This document shows, piece by piece, positions 29,562-39,613 of a DNA stretch of 55,214 nucleotides (position 1 is its first letter; the number at the start of each line of letters is the position of its first letter). Under the pieces are notes generated by a model. It worked only from the letters and a program-made list of their open reading frames with translations, did not search any database and was not told the origin of the DNA. A program made the position numbers and the translations under genes. The DNA lies in the NCBI GenBank assembly GCA_002716765.1, contig PBBY01000007.1:1-55214 (forward strand), written 5' to 3'. Source of the stretch: Candidatus Magasanikiibacteriota bacterium (GTDB lineage: Bacteria; Patescibacteriota; Patescibacteriia; Magasanikbacterales; UBA922).

Positions 29562-30188
29562 ATGCCAAAAGTTACCATGTACAATCAAGAAGGAAAGGAA
29601 GCATCACAGATTGATATATCTGAAGAGGTTTTTAATACAAAAAAAAATACCGGAATTGTACATCAAATTTATCTTGCTTTAGAAGCAAATGCTAGACAGC
29701 CATGGGCGCACACAAAAGATAGAAGTGAAGTCCGAGGAGGAGGAAAAAAACCATGGAAACAAAAAGGAACGGGACGAGCAAGACATGGTTCAAGACGGTC
29801 ACCAATTTGGTCTGGTGGTGGTATTACTTTTGGACCGCTCAACATAAGAAATTACAAACAAAAAATAAACAAAAAAATGAGTAAAAAGGCAATGAAGGTG
29901 TGCCTTTCAGATAAAGTACGCAACAACTCCTTTATTGTTTTGGACTCATTAGAATCTAATGGAAAGACAAAACAGTTTGCTGCATTGCGCAAGCTTTTGC
30001 CTGGATCAGGTAAGTCTACGCTATTATTAGTAGAAGGAAATGATAAAAGTATCGGTCTTGCTGTAAGAAATATTCCGCAGGTAAACATGCAGAGTTCACA
30101 AAATGTAAATGTGGTTGACTTACTTCACCATAAATATATTCTTGCAACTAAAACAGCGGTAGATATGCTAGAAAAAAGACTCGCATAA
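29562..30188 (+). CDS. rplD: 50S ribosomal protein L4
   Basis: L4 family sequence; operon position. Confidence 0.95.
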   Translation: MPKVTMYNQEGKEASQIDISEEVFNTKKNTGIVHQIYLALEANARQPWAHTKDRSEVRGGGKKPWKQKGTGRARHGSRRSPIWSGGGITFGPLNIRNYKQKINKKMSKKAMKVCLSDKVRNNSFIVLDSLESNGKTKQFAALRKLLPGSGKSTLLLVEGNDKSIGLAVRNIPQVNMQSSQNVNVVDLLHHKYILATKTAVDMLEKRLA

Positions 30189-30196
30189 ATTAATAC

Positions 30197-30604
30197 ATGC
30201 ATATGGGATTATTATCAAAAACAAAGAAAGATAGTCAAAAGAAAGCAGAAAAAAAAGATGCCACTGTTATGGTAGGAGAAAAAAATACTAATAAAACAGA
30301 ATCTGCTAAAGGTGGTAATAAAAATGCACACACTGTTCTTATTCGTTCGTTGGTGAGTGAAAAAAGCACTATACAAGAATCAATGGGTCAGTATACATTT
30401 GTGGTTGCAAAGAATGCAAATAAGGTTGCTATTAAAAATGCCATTCATCAAGTGTATGGTGTTATGCCAAAGCGTGTAAGGGTAATGAATTATGAAGGAA
30501 AAAGAATGCGCTTTGGAAAAAACAAAGGGAAAAGAAGTGACTGGAAAAAAGCAGTTGCCTACTTACCAAAAGGAAAAAGTATAAATATTCATGAAGGGGT
30601 ATAA
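30197..30604 (+). CDS. rplW: 50S ribosomal protein L23 with an approximately 45-aa basic N-terminal extension
   Basis: L23 core from HTVLIRSLVSEKST; operon position. Confidence 0.9.
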   Translation: MHMGLLSKTKKDSQKKAEKKDATVMVGEKNTNKTESAKGGNKNAHTVLIRSLVSEKSTIQESMGQYTFVVAKNANKVAIKNAIHQVYGVMPKRVRVMNYEGKRMRFGKNKGKRSDWKKAVAYLPKGKSINIHEGV

Positions 30605-30618
30605 TTAATAAGTGTTAT

Positions 30619-31464
30619 ATGGCAGTAAAAGTATACAAACCAACAACACCGGGAAGGCGTAAATCAAGCGTCCAAGATTTTTCTGATATTACTAAAACAA
30701 AACCAGAGCGTTCATTAACAAAAATGATGAATAAAAGGGCAGGAAGAAATAATACTGGAAGGATTACCGTGAGACATAGAGGTGCTGGAGTAAAACGCAT
30801 GTACAGAATCGTAGATTTTAAACGTATTAATCTTAATGAAAAAGGTACGGTAGTTGCAATTGAGTATGATCCAAATCGTGGCCCAAGAATTATTCTTGTC
30901 GAGTACCCGAATAACAAAAAAGCCTATTTACTTGGTTACGAAGGAGTAAAAGTAGGCGATACAGTAATGTCATCAGATAAAAAAATCGACGCTGTTCCTG
31001 GTGCAAGAATGAGCTTAGAACATATACCGGTTGGTATGTTTGTGTATAATGTTGAGCTACAGCCAGCAAAAGGTGGTCAAATGGTAAGAGGTGCAGGATT
31101 AGCCGCACAAATTCAAGCTATAGAAGGAAAGTATGCACAACTAAAGCTTCCTTCAGGAGAAATGCGATTAGTAAAGAAGGAGTGTATGGCAAGTATCGGA
31201 AGAGTGGGTAACTCTGATTTCAGACTAGTTCGTTGGGGAAAAGCCGGAAGAATGAGAATGAAAGGTTGGAGACCAATTGTAAAAGGAAAGAACATGAACC
31301 CGGTAGATCACCCGCATGGTGGAGGAGAGGGTCACTCACCGATTGGATTAAAATCAGGTCCAAAAACACCTTGGGGAAAGATTGCTCTTGGAAAGAGAAC
31401 AAGAAAAAAAGGAAAAGCAAGTGATAAGTTTATTGTTCAAAGAAGAAAAAAGAAAAAGAAATAA
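30619..31464 (+). CDS. rplB: 50S ribosomal protein L2
   Basis: NPVDHPHGGGEG motif. Confidence 0.95.
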   Translation: MAVKVYKPTTPGRRKSSVQDFSDITKTKPERSLTKMMNKRAGRNNTGRITVRHRGAGVKRMYRIVDFKRINLNEKGTVVAIEYDPNRGPRIILVEYPNNKKAYLLGYEGVKVGDTVMSSDKKIDAVPGARMSLEHIPVGMFVYNVELQPAKGGQMVRGAGLAAQIQAIEGKYAQLKLPSGEMRLVKKECMASIGRVGNSDFRLVRWGKAGRMRMKGWRPIVKGKNMNPVDHPHGGGEGHSPIGLKSGPKTPWGKIALGKRTRKKGKASDKFIVQRRKKKKK

Positions 31465-31502
31465 CGTGAAATTATAGATTCAAATTATTTAAATGATATA
31501 TT

Positions 31503-31790
31503 ATGTCTCGAAGTCTTAAAAAAGGGCCTTTTCTTGATGAAAAACTCATGAAAAAGGTAGCCAAAGCAAAACAATCCGGAAGTAACGCGCCTATTAAAAC
31601 ATGGGCACGAGCATCTACAATTACACCAGAAATGGTTGGTATGAAGTTTATGGTACACAACGGAAAAAATTTCATTGAGGTTTCTGTAGACGAAAATAAA
31701 GTTGGCCACAAGTTGGGTGAATTTTCTCCAACAAAGACTTTTAGAGGACATGGTGGTAAAATGGCAAAAGCACAGTCCAAAGGTAAATAA
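31503..31790 (+). CDS. rpsS: 30S ribosomal protein S19
   Basis: [15 protein letters not shown]; HNGK motif. Confidence 0.95.
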   Translation: MSRSLKKGPFLDEKLMKKVAKAKQSGSNAPIKTWARASTITPEMVGMKFMVHNGKNFIEVSVDENKVGHKLGEFSPTKTFRGHGGKMAKAQSKGK

Positions 31791-31823
31791 TAATTAGTAT
31801 AATTTCGCAAATAAATCCTATAT

Positions 31824-32258
31824 ATGAAAATGGAAGCAAAAGCACAACTAAGGAAACTGCGTGTATCACCAAGAAAAGTACGTCTTGTTGTTGATCTTGT
31901 TCGTGGTTTGTCAGTGAAAGAGGCGATATTACAGTTGCAATTTTCAAAAAAACATGCAGCTATCCCAGTAAGGAAACTTATTGAATCATGTGCTGCAAAT
32001 GCCGCGCATAACCATAATATTACAAAAGATTCACTAAAGGTAAAAACTATTTTTGTAGATGAAGGAAAGACGTTGTATAGATGGATGCCAAGAGCCTTTG
32101 GTAGAGCTACACCGTTACGAAAAAGAACATGCCATGTAACAGTAATGCTAGAAGGAGATGTGGTTGCGGCAGTAGAGAAAAAGAAAAAAACAAAAGAAGA
32201 GAAGCCGTCTGCAGAAGCACCAGTAGTAGAAGCTCCAAAAGAGAAAGAAAACGCATAA
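31824..32258 (+). CDS. rplV: 50S ribosomal protein L22 (K/E-rich C-terminal tail)
   Basis: LRVSPRKVRLVVDLVRG. Confidence 0.95.
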   Translation: MKMEAKAQLRKLRVSPRKVRLVVDLVRGLSVKEAILQLQFSKKHAAIPVRKLIESCAANAAHNHNITKDSLKVKTIFVDEGKTLYRWMPRAFGRATPLRKRTCHVTVMLEGDVVAAVEKKKKTKEEKPSAEAPVVEAPKEKENA

Positions 32259-32296
32259 TATATTTCAAAAAATATTAACCATTTGATACAGAAGCT

Positions 32297-33007
32297 ATGG
32301 GTCACAAAGTACATCCAAAAATTCACAGAACACCAGTTATATTCCCTTGGGATTCACGCTGGTTCGCAAAGAAAAACTATGCAACATATGCACGGCATGA
32401 TTCAGCTATCCGAGAATACCTTGGTAAAAAATGCAAAAATGCGCATATCGATTCAATAAGTATTTCACGAGGCCCAAAAAACCTTTCTGTTACTATACTC
32501 GCCGCTAAGCCAGGGTTTATAATAGGACGTTCAGGACAAGGATTAGATGAAATAAGAAAATACATCGAAAAAAAGATTTTACAAATGAAGCTTCGTGTAA
32601 AGATAAATGTACGTGAAGTTCGTTCGCCAGCACTAAGTGCGTCGGTGGTTGCTCAATCAATTGCAAGTGACACAGAAAGACGAATTCCTTTTAGACGTGT
32701 AATGAAACAATCAATCGAAAGAGTAATGAATGCGGGTGCAAAAGGAGTTAAAATTATTATGGCAGGAAGGCTTAACGGTGTTGAGATTGCAAGAAGGGAA
32801 ACACTTTCATCTGGAAAGGTGCCATTAATTACTCTCCGGAGTGATGTGGATTATTATCAAACATTCGCGAGCACAATATATGGAAAAGTAGGTGTTAAGG
32901 TTTGGATATACAAAGGTGAAGTTTTTGGCACTAAAGATAAGTTTGACGGACAGGCTGAGGCACCAAAAAAAAGAAATGATAATCAATTCAAGAAAAAACG
33001 TAGATAG
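32297..33007 (+). CDS. rpsC: 30S ribosomal protein S3
   Basis: MGHKVHP; KH-domain GRSGQGLDEIR. Confidence 0.95.
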   Translation: MGHKVHPKIHRTPVIFPWDSRWFAKKNYATYARHDSAIREYLGKKCKNAHIDSISISRGPKNLSVTILAAKPGFIIGRSGQGLDEIRKYIEKKILQMKLRVKINVREVRSPALSASVVAQSIASDTERRIPFRRVMKQSIERVMNAGAKGVKIIMAGRLNGVEIARRETLSSGKVPLITLRSDVDYYQTFASTIYGKVGVKVWIYKGEVFGTKDKFDGQAEAPKKRNDNQFKKKRR

Positions 33008-33013
33008 ACGCAT

Positions 33014-33427
33014 ATGTTATTACCAAAAAAAGTAAAACACAGAAAATGTCACAAACTGCGCCGATTAAATAAAGGTGTGGCCACAAGAACAAATACCATT
33101 GCTTTTGGTAGTTATGGTTTAGTTGCGACAACTCATTCTTGGGTAACTTCTCGTCAAATTGAGTCAGCAAGAAGAGTGGTAACACGATATATTAAACGTG
33201 CTGGTAAAATGTGGATCAGAGTTTTTCCAGATAGACCTGTAACTAGAAAAGGATCCGAAATGCCTATGGGAAAAGGAAAAGGTGCGCCAGACCACTTTAT
33301 GGTTACGGTAAAACCAGGAACTGTATTATTTGAACTCGAGGGTATACCAGAAGCAACAGCAAAGGAAGCATTTGATTTGGCAGCATACAAGTTACCCGTA
33401 AAAGCACGCTTTATTAAAAAAGACTAA
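33014..33427 (+). CDS. rplP: 50S ribosomal protein L16
   Basis: MLLPKKVKHRK; MGKGKG motif. Confidence 0.95.
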   Translation: MLLPKKVKHRKCHKLRRLNKGVATRTNTIAFGSYGLVATTHSWVTSRQIESARRVVTRYIKRAGKMWIRVFPDRPVTRKGSEMPMGKGKGAPDHFMVTVKPGTVLFELEGIPEATAKEAFDLAAYKLPVKARFIKKD

Positions 33428-33428
33428 T

Positions 33429-33638
33429 ATGATATTTGCAGACCTACAAACAAAAAGTATTGAGCAATTACAAGTATTACTTGCCGAGAAAAATGAACAA
33501 TTACGAAATTTACGGTTTAAGGTAACAGAAAATCAATATAAAAATGTGCGAGATATACGAAAAACAAGAAAGTTGATTGCACAAATTAACACTTTGCTCT
33601 GTGCCAAAAAGGCTGCAGATTCAGAAGTTTCAGAATAA
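33429..33638 (+). CDS. rpmC: 50S ribosomal protein L29
   Basis: L29 helical pattern; operon position. Confidence 0.9.
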   Translation: MIFADLQTKSIEQLQVLLAEKNEQLRNLRFKVTENQYKNVRDIRKTRKLIAQINTLLCAKKAADSEVSE

Positions 33639-33658
33639 TAACCAATACAACACCATTT

Positions 33659-33925
33659 ATGAAAAACAAAGAAGCACAATCAAAAGCTACAAATAAACGC
33701 CAATTTACTGGAGTTGTACTTAGTGTTGCGGAAAACAAAACCATTCATGTGTTGGTAAAATCAAGAAAAATGCACAAGAAATATAAAAAGCAGTATACAG
33801 AAAGTAAAAAATATGCTGTACATGATGAAAGTAATGTTGCAAAAATTGGGGATACTGTTATTTTTCAGGAGTGCAGACCGTTTAGTAAGACTAAAAAGTG
33901 GAGATTAATCCAGGTGTGTTCGTAA
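33659..33925 (+). CDS. rpsQ: 30S ribosomal protein S17
   Basis: FTGVVLSVAENKTIHVLV ... KYAVHDE. Confidence 0.95.
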   Translation: MKNKEAQSKATNKRQFTGVVLSVAENKTIHVLVKSRKMHKKYKKQYTESKKYAVHDESNVAKIGDTVIFQECRPFSKTKKWRLIQVCS

Positions 33926-33937
33926 TATTATACTCAT

Positions 33938-34309
33938 ATGATTCAAGTTCAATCAATGCTTAAAGTAGCAGACAATTCAGGTGCAAAAAAACTCATGTGT
34001 ATTCGCGTACTTGGTGGGTATAAAAAGCGATTTGCACAGGTTGGAGATATTATTACATGCTCGGTAAAAGAGGCCGCACCAAGAAGTGGAGTAAAAAAAG
34101 GTGAGGTTATTCATGCAGTAATAGTACGTCAAAGAAAAGAGGTACGAAGAAAAGATGGAACCTATGTTAGGTTTGATGAAAACGCAGCGGTGGTAGTTGA
34201 TAAAAAAAGCAAGGAGCCAAAGGCAACTCGTATTTTTGGACCAATTGCAAGAGAGTTGCGTATAAAAGGATTCCAGAAGATTGTTAGTTTAGCACCAGAA
34301 GTGCTCTAG
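33938..34309 (+). CDS. rplN: 50S ribosomal protein L14
   Basis: [17 protein letters not shown]. Confidence 0.95.
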   Translation: MIQVQSMLKVADNSGAKKLMCIRVLGGYKKRFAQVGDIITCSVKEAAPRSGVKKGEVIHAVIVRQRKEVRRKDGTYVRFDENAAVVVDKKSKEPKATRIFGPIARELRIKGFQKIVSLAPEVL

Positions 34310-34333
34310 ATCTTAGTCTATAAATATTATATT

Positions 34334-34657
34334 ATGAAAATAAAAACTGGAGACAAAGTAAAGGTGCTTTCTGGAAGAGAAGAGGTAAAAGGAAAAGTAG
34401 GAAAAGTAATTCAGGTAATGCACAATAAAAAGAGTAAAAAGGATTATGTAGTGGTGGAAGGTGTAAATATGCGGAAAAAGCATATTCGTGCCGGCAGAGG
34501 TCAAGCTGGCCAGATTGTAGAATTACCAGCGCCGATTCACATAAGTAATGTTATGCTTATTGACCCTAAAACAAATAAACCCACACGTGTCTCATATACG
34601 CAAGAAGGTGGAGAGAAAAAGCGTATCGCAAAAAAGAGTGGTGAGTTTCTTGATTAA
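34334..34657 (+). CDS. rplX: 50S ribosomal protein L24
   Basis: KOW motif KTGDKVKVLSGREEVKGKVGKV. Confidence 0.95.
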   Translation: MKIKTGDKVKVLSGREEVKGKVGKVIQVMHNKKSKKDYVVVEGVNMRKKHIRAGRGQAGQIVELPAPIHISNVMLIDPKTNKPTRVSYTQEGGEKKRIAKKSGEFLD

Positions 34658-34663
34658 TATTAT

Positions 34664-35203
34664 ATGTCGCAATTATATACACAATTTAAAGAAAACATTG
34701 TCCCTGCACTAATGAGTGATTTCAGTTACAAAAATATCCATGAAGTCCCGGCTATTAAAAAAGTTACTATAAATGTTGGGTATGGACGTCATTCAAAAGA
34801 TAAGGGTTTTATAGACAATGTAGAAAAGACATTAACACAGATTACTGGACAAAAACCAGTCCACAACGAAGCAAAGAAAGCAATTTCAAACTTCAAGATA
34901 AGAAAAGGGATGGATATTGGTATGTCAGTCACACTCCGTGGAGAGCGTATGTACGAATTTATTTATAGACTTATCAATCTGGCAATTCCTAGAATACGTG
35001 ACTTTCGTGGATTATCCACAAACGGTTTTGATAGACAAGGTAATTACACTTTTGGTATAAAGGAGAATGTAGCTTTTCCAGAAATTGCTGCAGAGTCTTT
35101 AGACAAGATCCACGGATTACAGATTATTATTACTACGTCAGCAACAAACAAAAAAGAAGGTATGGCATTATTAGAAAAAATCGGCATGCCGTTTAAAAAA
35201 TAA
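34664..35203 (+). CDS. rplE: 50S ribosomal protein L5
   Basis: L5 family; operon position. Confidence 0.95.
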   Translation: MSQLYTQFKENIVPALMSDFSYKNIHEVPAIKKVTINVGYGRHSKDKGFIDNVEKTLTQITGQKPVHNEAKKAISNFKIRKGMDIGMSVTLRGERMYEFIYRLINLAIPRIRDFRGLSTNGFDRQGNYTFGIKENVAFPEIAAESLDKIHGLQIIITTSATNKKEGMALLEKIGMPFKK

Positions 35204-35238
35204 ATTATTATTTAGATCACACGATTTACTATACGTAT

Positions 35239-35424
35239 ATGGCAACAAAAGCACAAATTGCAAAATCCAACAGAAAACCAAAGTTTAGCACTAGACTCGT
35301 TAGACGCTGCTTTGCTTGTGGAAGAAAACGAGGTTTTTTACGCCGGTTTGGGTTGTGTAGAATTTGTTTCAGAGAAAAAGCAAACCGTGGAGAATTACCA
35401 GGAATTAGAAAATCAAGTTGGTAA
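35239..35424 (+). CDS. rpsN: 30S ribosomal protein S14, short Zn-ribbon (type Z) form
   Basis: 61 aa with CFACGRKRG...CRICFRE cysteines. Confidence 0.95.
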   Translation: MATKAQIAKSNRKPKFSTRLVRRCFACGRKRGFLRRFGLCRICFREKANRGELPGIRKSSW

Positions 35425-35463
35425 CCCTAAATATAATTATTGTATACTATTATTTATACTATT

Positions 35464-35853
35464 ATGATGACAGATCCAATAGCAGACATGTTAACACGTA
35501 TTAGAAACGCCCAAATGGCAAGACAACATGTTGTTGCTGTACCGCACTCAAAATTAAAGAAAAATATTGCTGATATATTACTTAAGGAAGGGTATGTTAG
35601 CTCAGTAGAAAAGACTGATGCGAATCCTGTCATGCTTGTTATAGGATTAAAATATCACGGAAAGCAGCCACATATTCAGTCAATCAAAAGAGAAAGTAAG
35701 CCAGGTCATAGAAAATATTGCAAAGTAGGTGAATTACCACGTATTCTTAATGATTACGGTATTGCAATTATTTCTACTCCTTCTGGGTTACTAACAAATA
35801 AGGATGCAAGAAAGCAGGGTACTGGTGGAGAAATTATTTGTTCTGTATATTAA
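35464..35853 (+). CDS. rpsH: 30S ribosomal protein S8
   Basis: MMTDPIADMLTRIRNA; start moved to ATG 35464. Confidence 0.9.
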   Translation: MMTDPIADMLTRIRNAQMARQHVVAVPHSKLKKNIADILLKEGYVSSVEKTDANPVMLVIGLKYHGKQPHIQSIKRESKPGHRKYCKVGELPRILNDYGIAIISTPSGLLTNKDARKQGTGGEIICSVY

Positions 35854-35862
35854 TATTACCAT

Positions 35863-36405
35863 ATGTCTAGAATAGGAAAACAAACAATTGAAATGCCACA
35901 AGGTGTTACTGCTAATATAGCTGATGGTAGCATTACTGTAACGGGACCAAAAGGAAGTATTAAAAGGATTATTCACCCACTTGTTCAGGTTACGCTTGCA
36001 GAAAACACTCTTTCGGCAAATGTTGCTAATACCGAAAACAAAACTGAGAGATCACTTTGGGGTACATTTGCTTCACATGTAAAAAACATGGTTATTGGTG
36101 TTACAGATGGGTTTAAAAAACAACTAGAAATTAATGGCGTTGGGTATCGAGTGGCAATGCAAGGAAAAGACCTAAAAGTTGAAGCAGGGTATTCTCACCC
36201 AGTTATCTATACAGTACCAGAAGGTATTACCATCTCTACTGAAAAGAATATTATCACTATAGAAGGAGTGGATAAAGAAAAAGTAGGACAGGTGGCCGCA
36301 GAAATACGAAAAATTAGAAAACCAGAACCATACAAAGGAAAAGGCATAAAATATGTTGACGAAATAATTAGAAGAAAGGCTGGAAAATCAGCAAAAACAG
36401 CATAA
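35863..36405 (+). CDS. rplF: 50S ribosomal protein L6
   Basis: MSRIGKQTIEMPQGV. Confidence 0.95.
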   Translation: MSRIGKQTIEMPQGVTANIADGSITVTGPKGSIKRIIHPLVQVTLAENTLSANVANTENKTERSLWGTFASHVKNMVIGVTDGFKKQLEINGVGYRVAMQGKDLKVEAGYSHPVIYTVPEGITISTEKNIITIEGVDKEKVGQVAAEIRKIRKPEPYKGKGIKYVDEIIRRKAGKSAKTA

Positions 36406-36435
36406 ATAAAATGAAATGAATAAATCAATTCATGT

Positions 36436-36804
36436 ATGAAACAAAAACAATCACGACAACAAAAAAGAGTAAGGCGACACGCAAGAGTTCGCGCAAAAAT
36501 TAAAGGTACTGCTACGCGACCTCGTTTAGCAGTGTTCAGAAGTCTTTCTACTATTTATGCACAATTAGTAGACGATACTACACAAAAAACACTCGCAAGT
36601 GTGTATGGAAAAAAGGTGACAAAGAAAGAGGTTGGCGAAAGAAAAGGGAAAGTCGCTGTTGCTTATAGTGTTGGAAATGAGCTAGCAGCAAAAGCAAAAG
36701 AAATTAAAATTACTGAGGTGGTATTTGATCGTGGTGGCTTTTTGTACTCTGGAAGAGTAAAGGCGGTAGCTGATGGTGCACGTGATGGTGGTTTACAGTT
36801 TTAA
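36436..36804 (+). CDS. rplR: 50S ribosomal protein L18
   Basis: RPRLAVFRSLSTIYAQL. Confidence 0.95.
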   Translation: MKQKQSRQQKRVRRHARVRAKIKGTATRPRLAVFRSLSTIYAQLVDDTTQKTLASVYGKKVTKKEVGERKGKVAVAYSVGNELAAKAKEIKITEVVFDRGGFLYSGRVKAVADGARDGGLQF

Positions 36805-36831
36805 TGTATTATTAACTCAATCTAAAATAGT

Positions 36832-37461
36832 ATGCAAAAAGGTAGAGGAAGAAAATTCAAAAAAAGAGAAAAACCTGAGTTTGATCAACAAATTGTAGAT
36901 TTAGCTCGAGTAACTCGTGTAACAAAAGGTGGAAAACAACTGAGTTTTCGTGTCTGTATTGTTATTGGAGATAGAAAAAATCGAGTTGGTTATGGTGTAG
37001 CAAAAGGAAAAGATGTGCAAATTGCTGTAGAAAAAGCAGTTAGACAAGCAAAGAAAAATCTTATGACTATCCCATATGTAAATGAATCCATTCCTCATAG
37101 AGTTGAGTCAAAGTTTAAGGCAGCAAAAATTATGATTAAACCTGCACCTAAAGGATCTGGAATAATTGCTGGTGGTGCAGTCCGTACTGTATTAGAACTT
37201 GCTGGTGTACCGAATATTTCTGCAAAAATGATTGGAAAAACAACAAACAAGTTGACTAATGTTAGGGCAGTAATGTTAGCATTAACACAGTTTCACAGAG
37301 ACGCTCTTGCAAAAGCAAAAAGCTCAACAACTCCTGTGGTAAAAAAAAGTGAAAAAGTGATAGTAAATTCAGAAAAAAATAGTAACGCAAAAACAAAGAA
37401 AAAAAAGGAAGTAAGTAAAAAAGAAGAAAAATCAGCAGCAATAACAAAAGAAAAAAAGTAA
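36832..37461 (+). CDS. rpsE: 30S ribosomal protein S5 (K-rich C-terminal tail)
   Basis: RVTRVTKGGKQLSFR; GSGIIAGGAVR. Confidence 0.95.
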   Translation: MQKGRGRKFKKREKPEFDQQIVDLARVTRVTKGGKQLSFRVCIVIGDRKNRVGYGVAKGKDVQIAVEKAVRQAKKNLMTIPYVNESIPHRVESKFKAAKIMIKPAPKGSGIIAGGAVRTVLELAGVPNISAKMIGKTTNKLTNVRAVMLALTQFHRDALAKAKSSTTPVVKKSEKVIVNSEKNSNAKTKKKKEVSKKEEKSAAITKEKK

Positions 37462-37492
37462 TATATTAGAACAGTGAAATAACATTAGTAAT

Positions 37493-37936
37493 ATGTCATT
37501 AGCAGCACATACAATTACAAAAAATAACGGTTCACGTAGAACAGCAAAACGTGTTGGAAGAGGAAACGGTTCTGGTAAAGGAACGTATTCTTCACGCGGT
37601 CTAAAAGGTCAGCGTTCACGTTCTGGAGGAAAAGGTGGATTAAAACGTCTTGGTTTTAAACAAGCGCTACAAAAGATCCCTAAATTACGTGGTTTTACAA
37701 GTTTACAACCAAAATCAGAATTGGTCACACTTCAAACACTCGAAAGAATTTGTTCTGCGGGTGATGTTGTAACACCAAAGTTTTTAAAGAGAAAAGGTGT
37801 GGTAGACAAACCACAATTTGGTGTGAAGATCGTTCTTAAAGGAGAATTATCTAAAAAAGTTATCGTAAAAGATTGCAAGGTATCAAAAACAGCTGCCGAA
37901 GCTATTACAAAGGCTGGTGGAGAAATTATCGCATAA
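37493..37936 (+). CDS. rplO: 50S ribosomal protein L15 (follows rpsE directly; no L30 gene)
   Basis: GRGNGSGKGTYSSRGLKGQ. Confidence 0.95.
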   Translation: MSLAAHTITKNNGSRRTAKRVGRGNGSGKGTYSSRGLKGQRSRSGGKGGLKRLGFKQALQKIPKLRGFTSLQPKSELVTLQTLERICSAGDVVTPKFLKRKGVVDKPQFGVKIVLKGELSKKVIVKDCKVSKTAAEAITKAGGEIIA

Positions 37937-37940
37937 CTCT

Positions 37941-39212
37941 ATGTGGAAAAAAATCAAGAGAATTTGGCATATAAAGGATTTACGAAATAGTATCCTTTTT
38001 GTGCTTTCTATGTTAATACTATTTCGTGTGGCCGCACATATTCCGGTTCCTGGGGTCGATCCTGTTGGATTAAAGCAATTTTTAGAAGGCAACCAAATAC
38101 TTGGATTACTAAATATTTTTTCTGGAGGAACACTTGAAAACTTTTCTGTAGTCATGCTTGGTGTGGCACCATATATTACTTCTTCTATTATCTTTCAATT
38201 GTTACAAATGGTGGTGCCGCAATTGGAGGAGTTGAAAAAAGAAGGGGAATCCGGGCAACAAAAAATTCAAATGTGGACACGTCTTGCTACCGTTCCCTTG
38301 GCAATCTTGCAGTCATTTGGTTTGATTCAGTTATTGCGTGCTTCACAAATAAGTGTGTTACCAGATCTTACTACTTTTTCTTATTTTAGTATTATTACTA
38401 CGACCACAGCAGGAACTGTTTTTCTTATGTGGATAGGAGAACTTATAACAGAAAAACGTATTGGAAATGGTATCTCATTACTTATTTTTGCCGGAATTAT
38501 CGCTGCACTGCCACGAGCTGTGCAAACCGCATTAATTAACTACACCACTGCTGACTTGTATTTATACCTACTATTTTTTGGCGTAGCAATTGCTACAGTT
38601 GTGGGTGTGGTATTTATAAACGAAGGACAGCGAAATATTCCTATTAATTATGCAAAACAACGAATGGGAACAAGAAGTTTTGGCGGGACCTCAAGTTATT
38701 TACCACTTCGGGTAAATACTGCTGGTGTTATTCCTATTATCTTCGCTATCTCTTTGGTGCTATTTCCCCCAATGGTTGCGCAATTTTTCGTACAAGGAAG
38801 CGGATTCTTGGCACAGGCTTCTCAGTTTATTATTGCACTGTTTCAAAACCAAGTATTCTATAGTATTTTTTACTTCTTATTAGTCTTTGGTTTTACGTAT
38901 TTTTATACTGCTATTATATTTCAACCAGATAAAGTTGCTCAAAATTTACAACGACAAGGCGGTTTTATTCCTGGAATTCGACCAGGAAAGGAGACAGAGC
39001 TTTATATTGGAAAAATAATGACTCGTTTAGTATTTTCTGGCGCATTATTCCTTGGGCTTATTGCTGTTATGCCTTTTGTGCTACAAGCCTTTACCGGAAC
39101 AACAGCATTGGCAATTGGTGGAACAAGTTTGCTGATTGTGGTAAGTGTGGCAATAGACATTGCAAAACAGGTAGAATCTCAGCTTACACTTCACGAATAC
39201 GACAATATCTAA
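37941..39212 (+). CDS. secY: Preprotein translocase subunit SecY
   Basis: GVAPYITSSIIFQLL; 10-TM pattern; start moved to ATG 37941 after the rplO stop. Confidence 0.95.
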   Translation: MWKKIKRIWHIKDLRNSILFVLSMLILFRVAAHIPVPGVDPVGLKQFLEGNQILGLLNIFSGGTLENFSVVMLGVAPYITSSIIFQLLQMVVPQLEELKKEGESGQQKIQMWTRLATVPLAILQSFGLIQLLRASQISVLPDLTTFSYFSIITTTTAGTVFLMWIGELITEKRIGNGISLLIFAGIIAALPRAVQTALINYTTADLYLYLLFFGVAIATVVGVVFINEGQRNIPINYAKQRMGTRSFGGTSSYLPLRVNTAGVIPIIFAISLVLFPPMVAQFFVQGSGFLAQASQFIIALFQNQVFYSIFYFLLVFGFTYFYTAIIFQPDKVAQNLQRQGGFIPGIRPGKETELYIGKIMTRLVFSGALFLGLIAVMPFVLQAFTGTTALAIGGTSLLIVVSVAIDIAKQVESQLTLHEYDNI

Positions 39213-39222
39213 AATGTATACT

Positions 39223-39262
39223 ATTCATCCCGGCAAACACCGGGATGAATTCTTGTTTTCTG
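39223..39262 (+). terminator. Strong hairpin plus T-rich tract directly after secY
   Basis: 11-bp stem ATTCATCCCGG-caaaca-CCGGGATGAAT followed by TCTTGTTTTCTGTTT. Confidence 0.6.
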
Positions 39263-39312
39263 TTTGTGGTTTTGTTATAGTACGTATAGCACTTATATTT
39301 AATCACAATTTT

Positions 39313-39609
39313 ATGCCATTATTTGGATTTACGAGTTCCATGTCACGGTACCAAAAACCACTCAAGACAAAGGAGATTAAAAAGATTGTTTCTCGTGTTT
39401 CTATTTTAACACTCGATAGAAAAGAAGAGGAGTTGGTAGAAAATGAGATAGATAAAGCACGTGGAAGTGATGGAAAAATATCATTGCGACAAATAGAAGA
39501 AGTGCTGCGCAGGTTATTTTCTAAAAAACAAATAAGCCGCTCCGATAAAAAGAAATTAATGGAGCATTTTGAAGATTATTTTAATAAAAAGTTTGGGGAT
39601 TCTACATAA
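39313..39609 (+). CDS. Small charged hypothetical protein between secY and adk
   Basis: ORF only. Start uncertain (ATG 39313 or 39340); the 39214 start is rejected because it spans the terminator hairpin. Confidence 0.4.
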   Translation: MPLFGFTSSMSRYQKPLKTKEIKKIVSRVSILTLDRKEEELVENEIDKARGSDGKISLRQIEEVLRRLFSKKQISRSDKKKLMEHFEDYFNKKFGDST

Positions 39610-39613
39610 CTAT

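Noticed and set aside
31472-32326. 284-aa minus-strand ORF, the longest antisense ORF in the track
   Set aside because: It lies fully antisense to the conserved rpsS, rplV and rpsC genes. Its composition is low-complexity and F/S-rich. It has no start context. This is a typical shadow ORF of AT-rich coding sequence.
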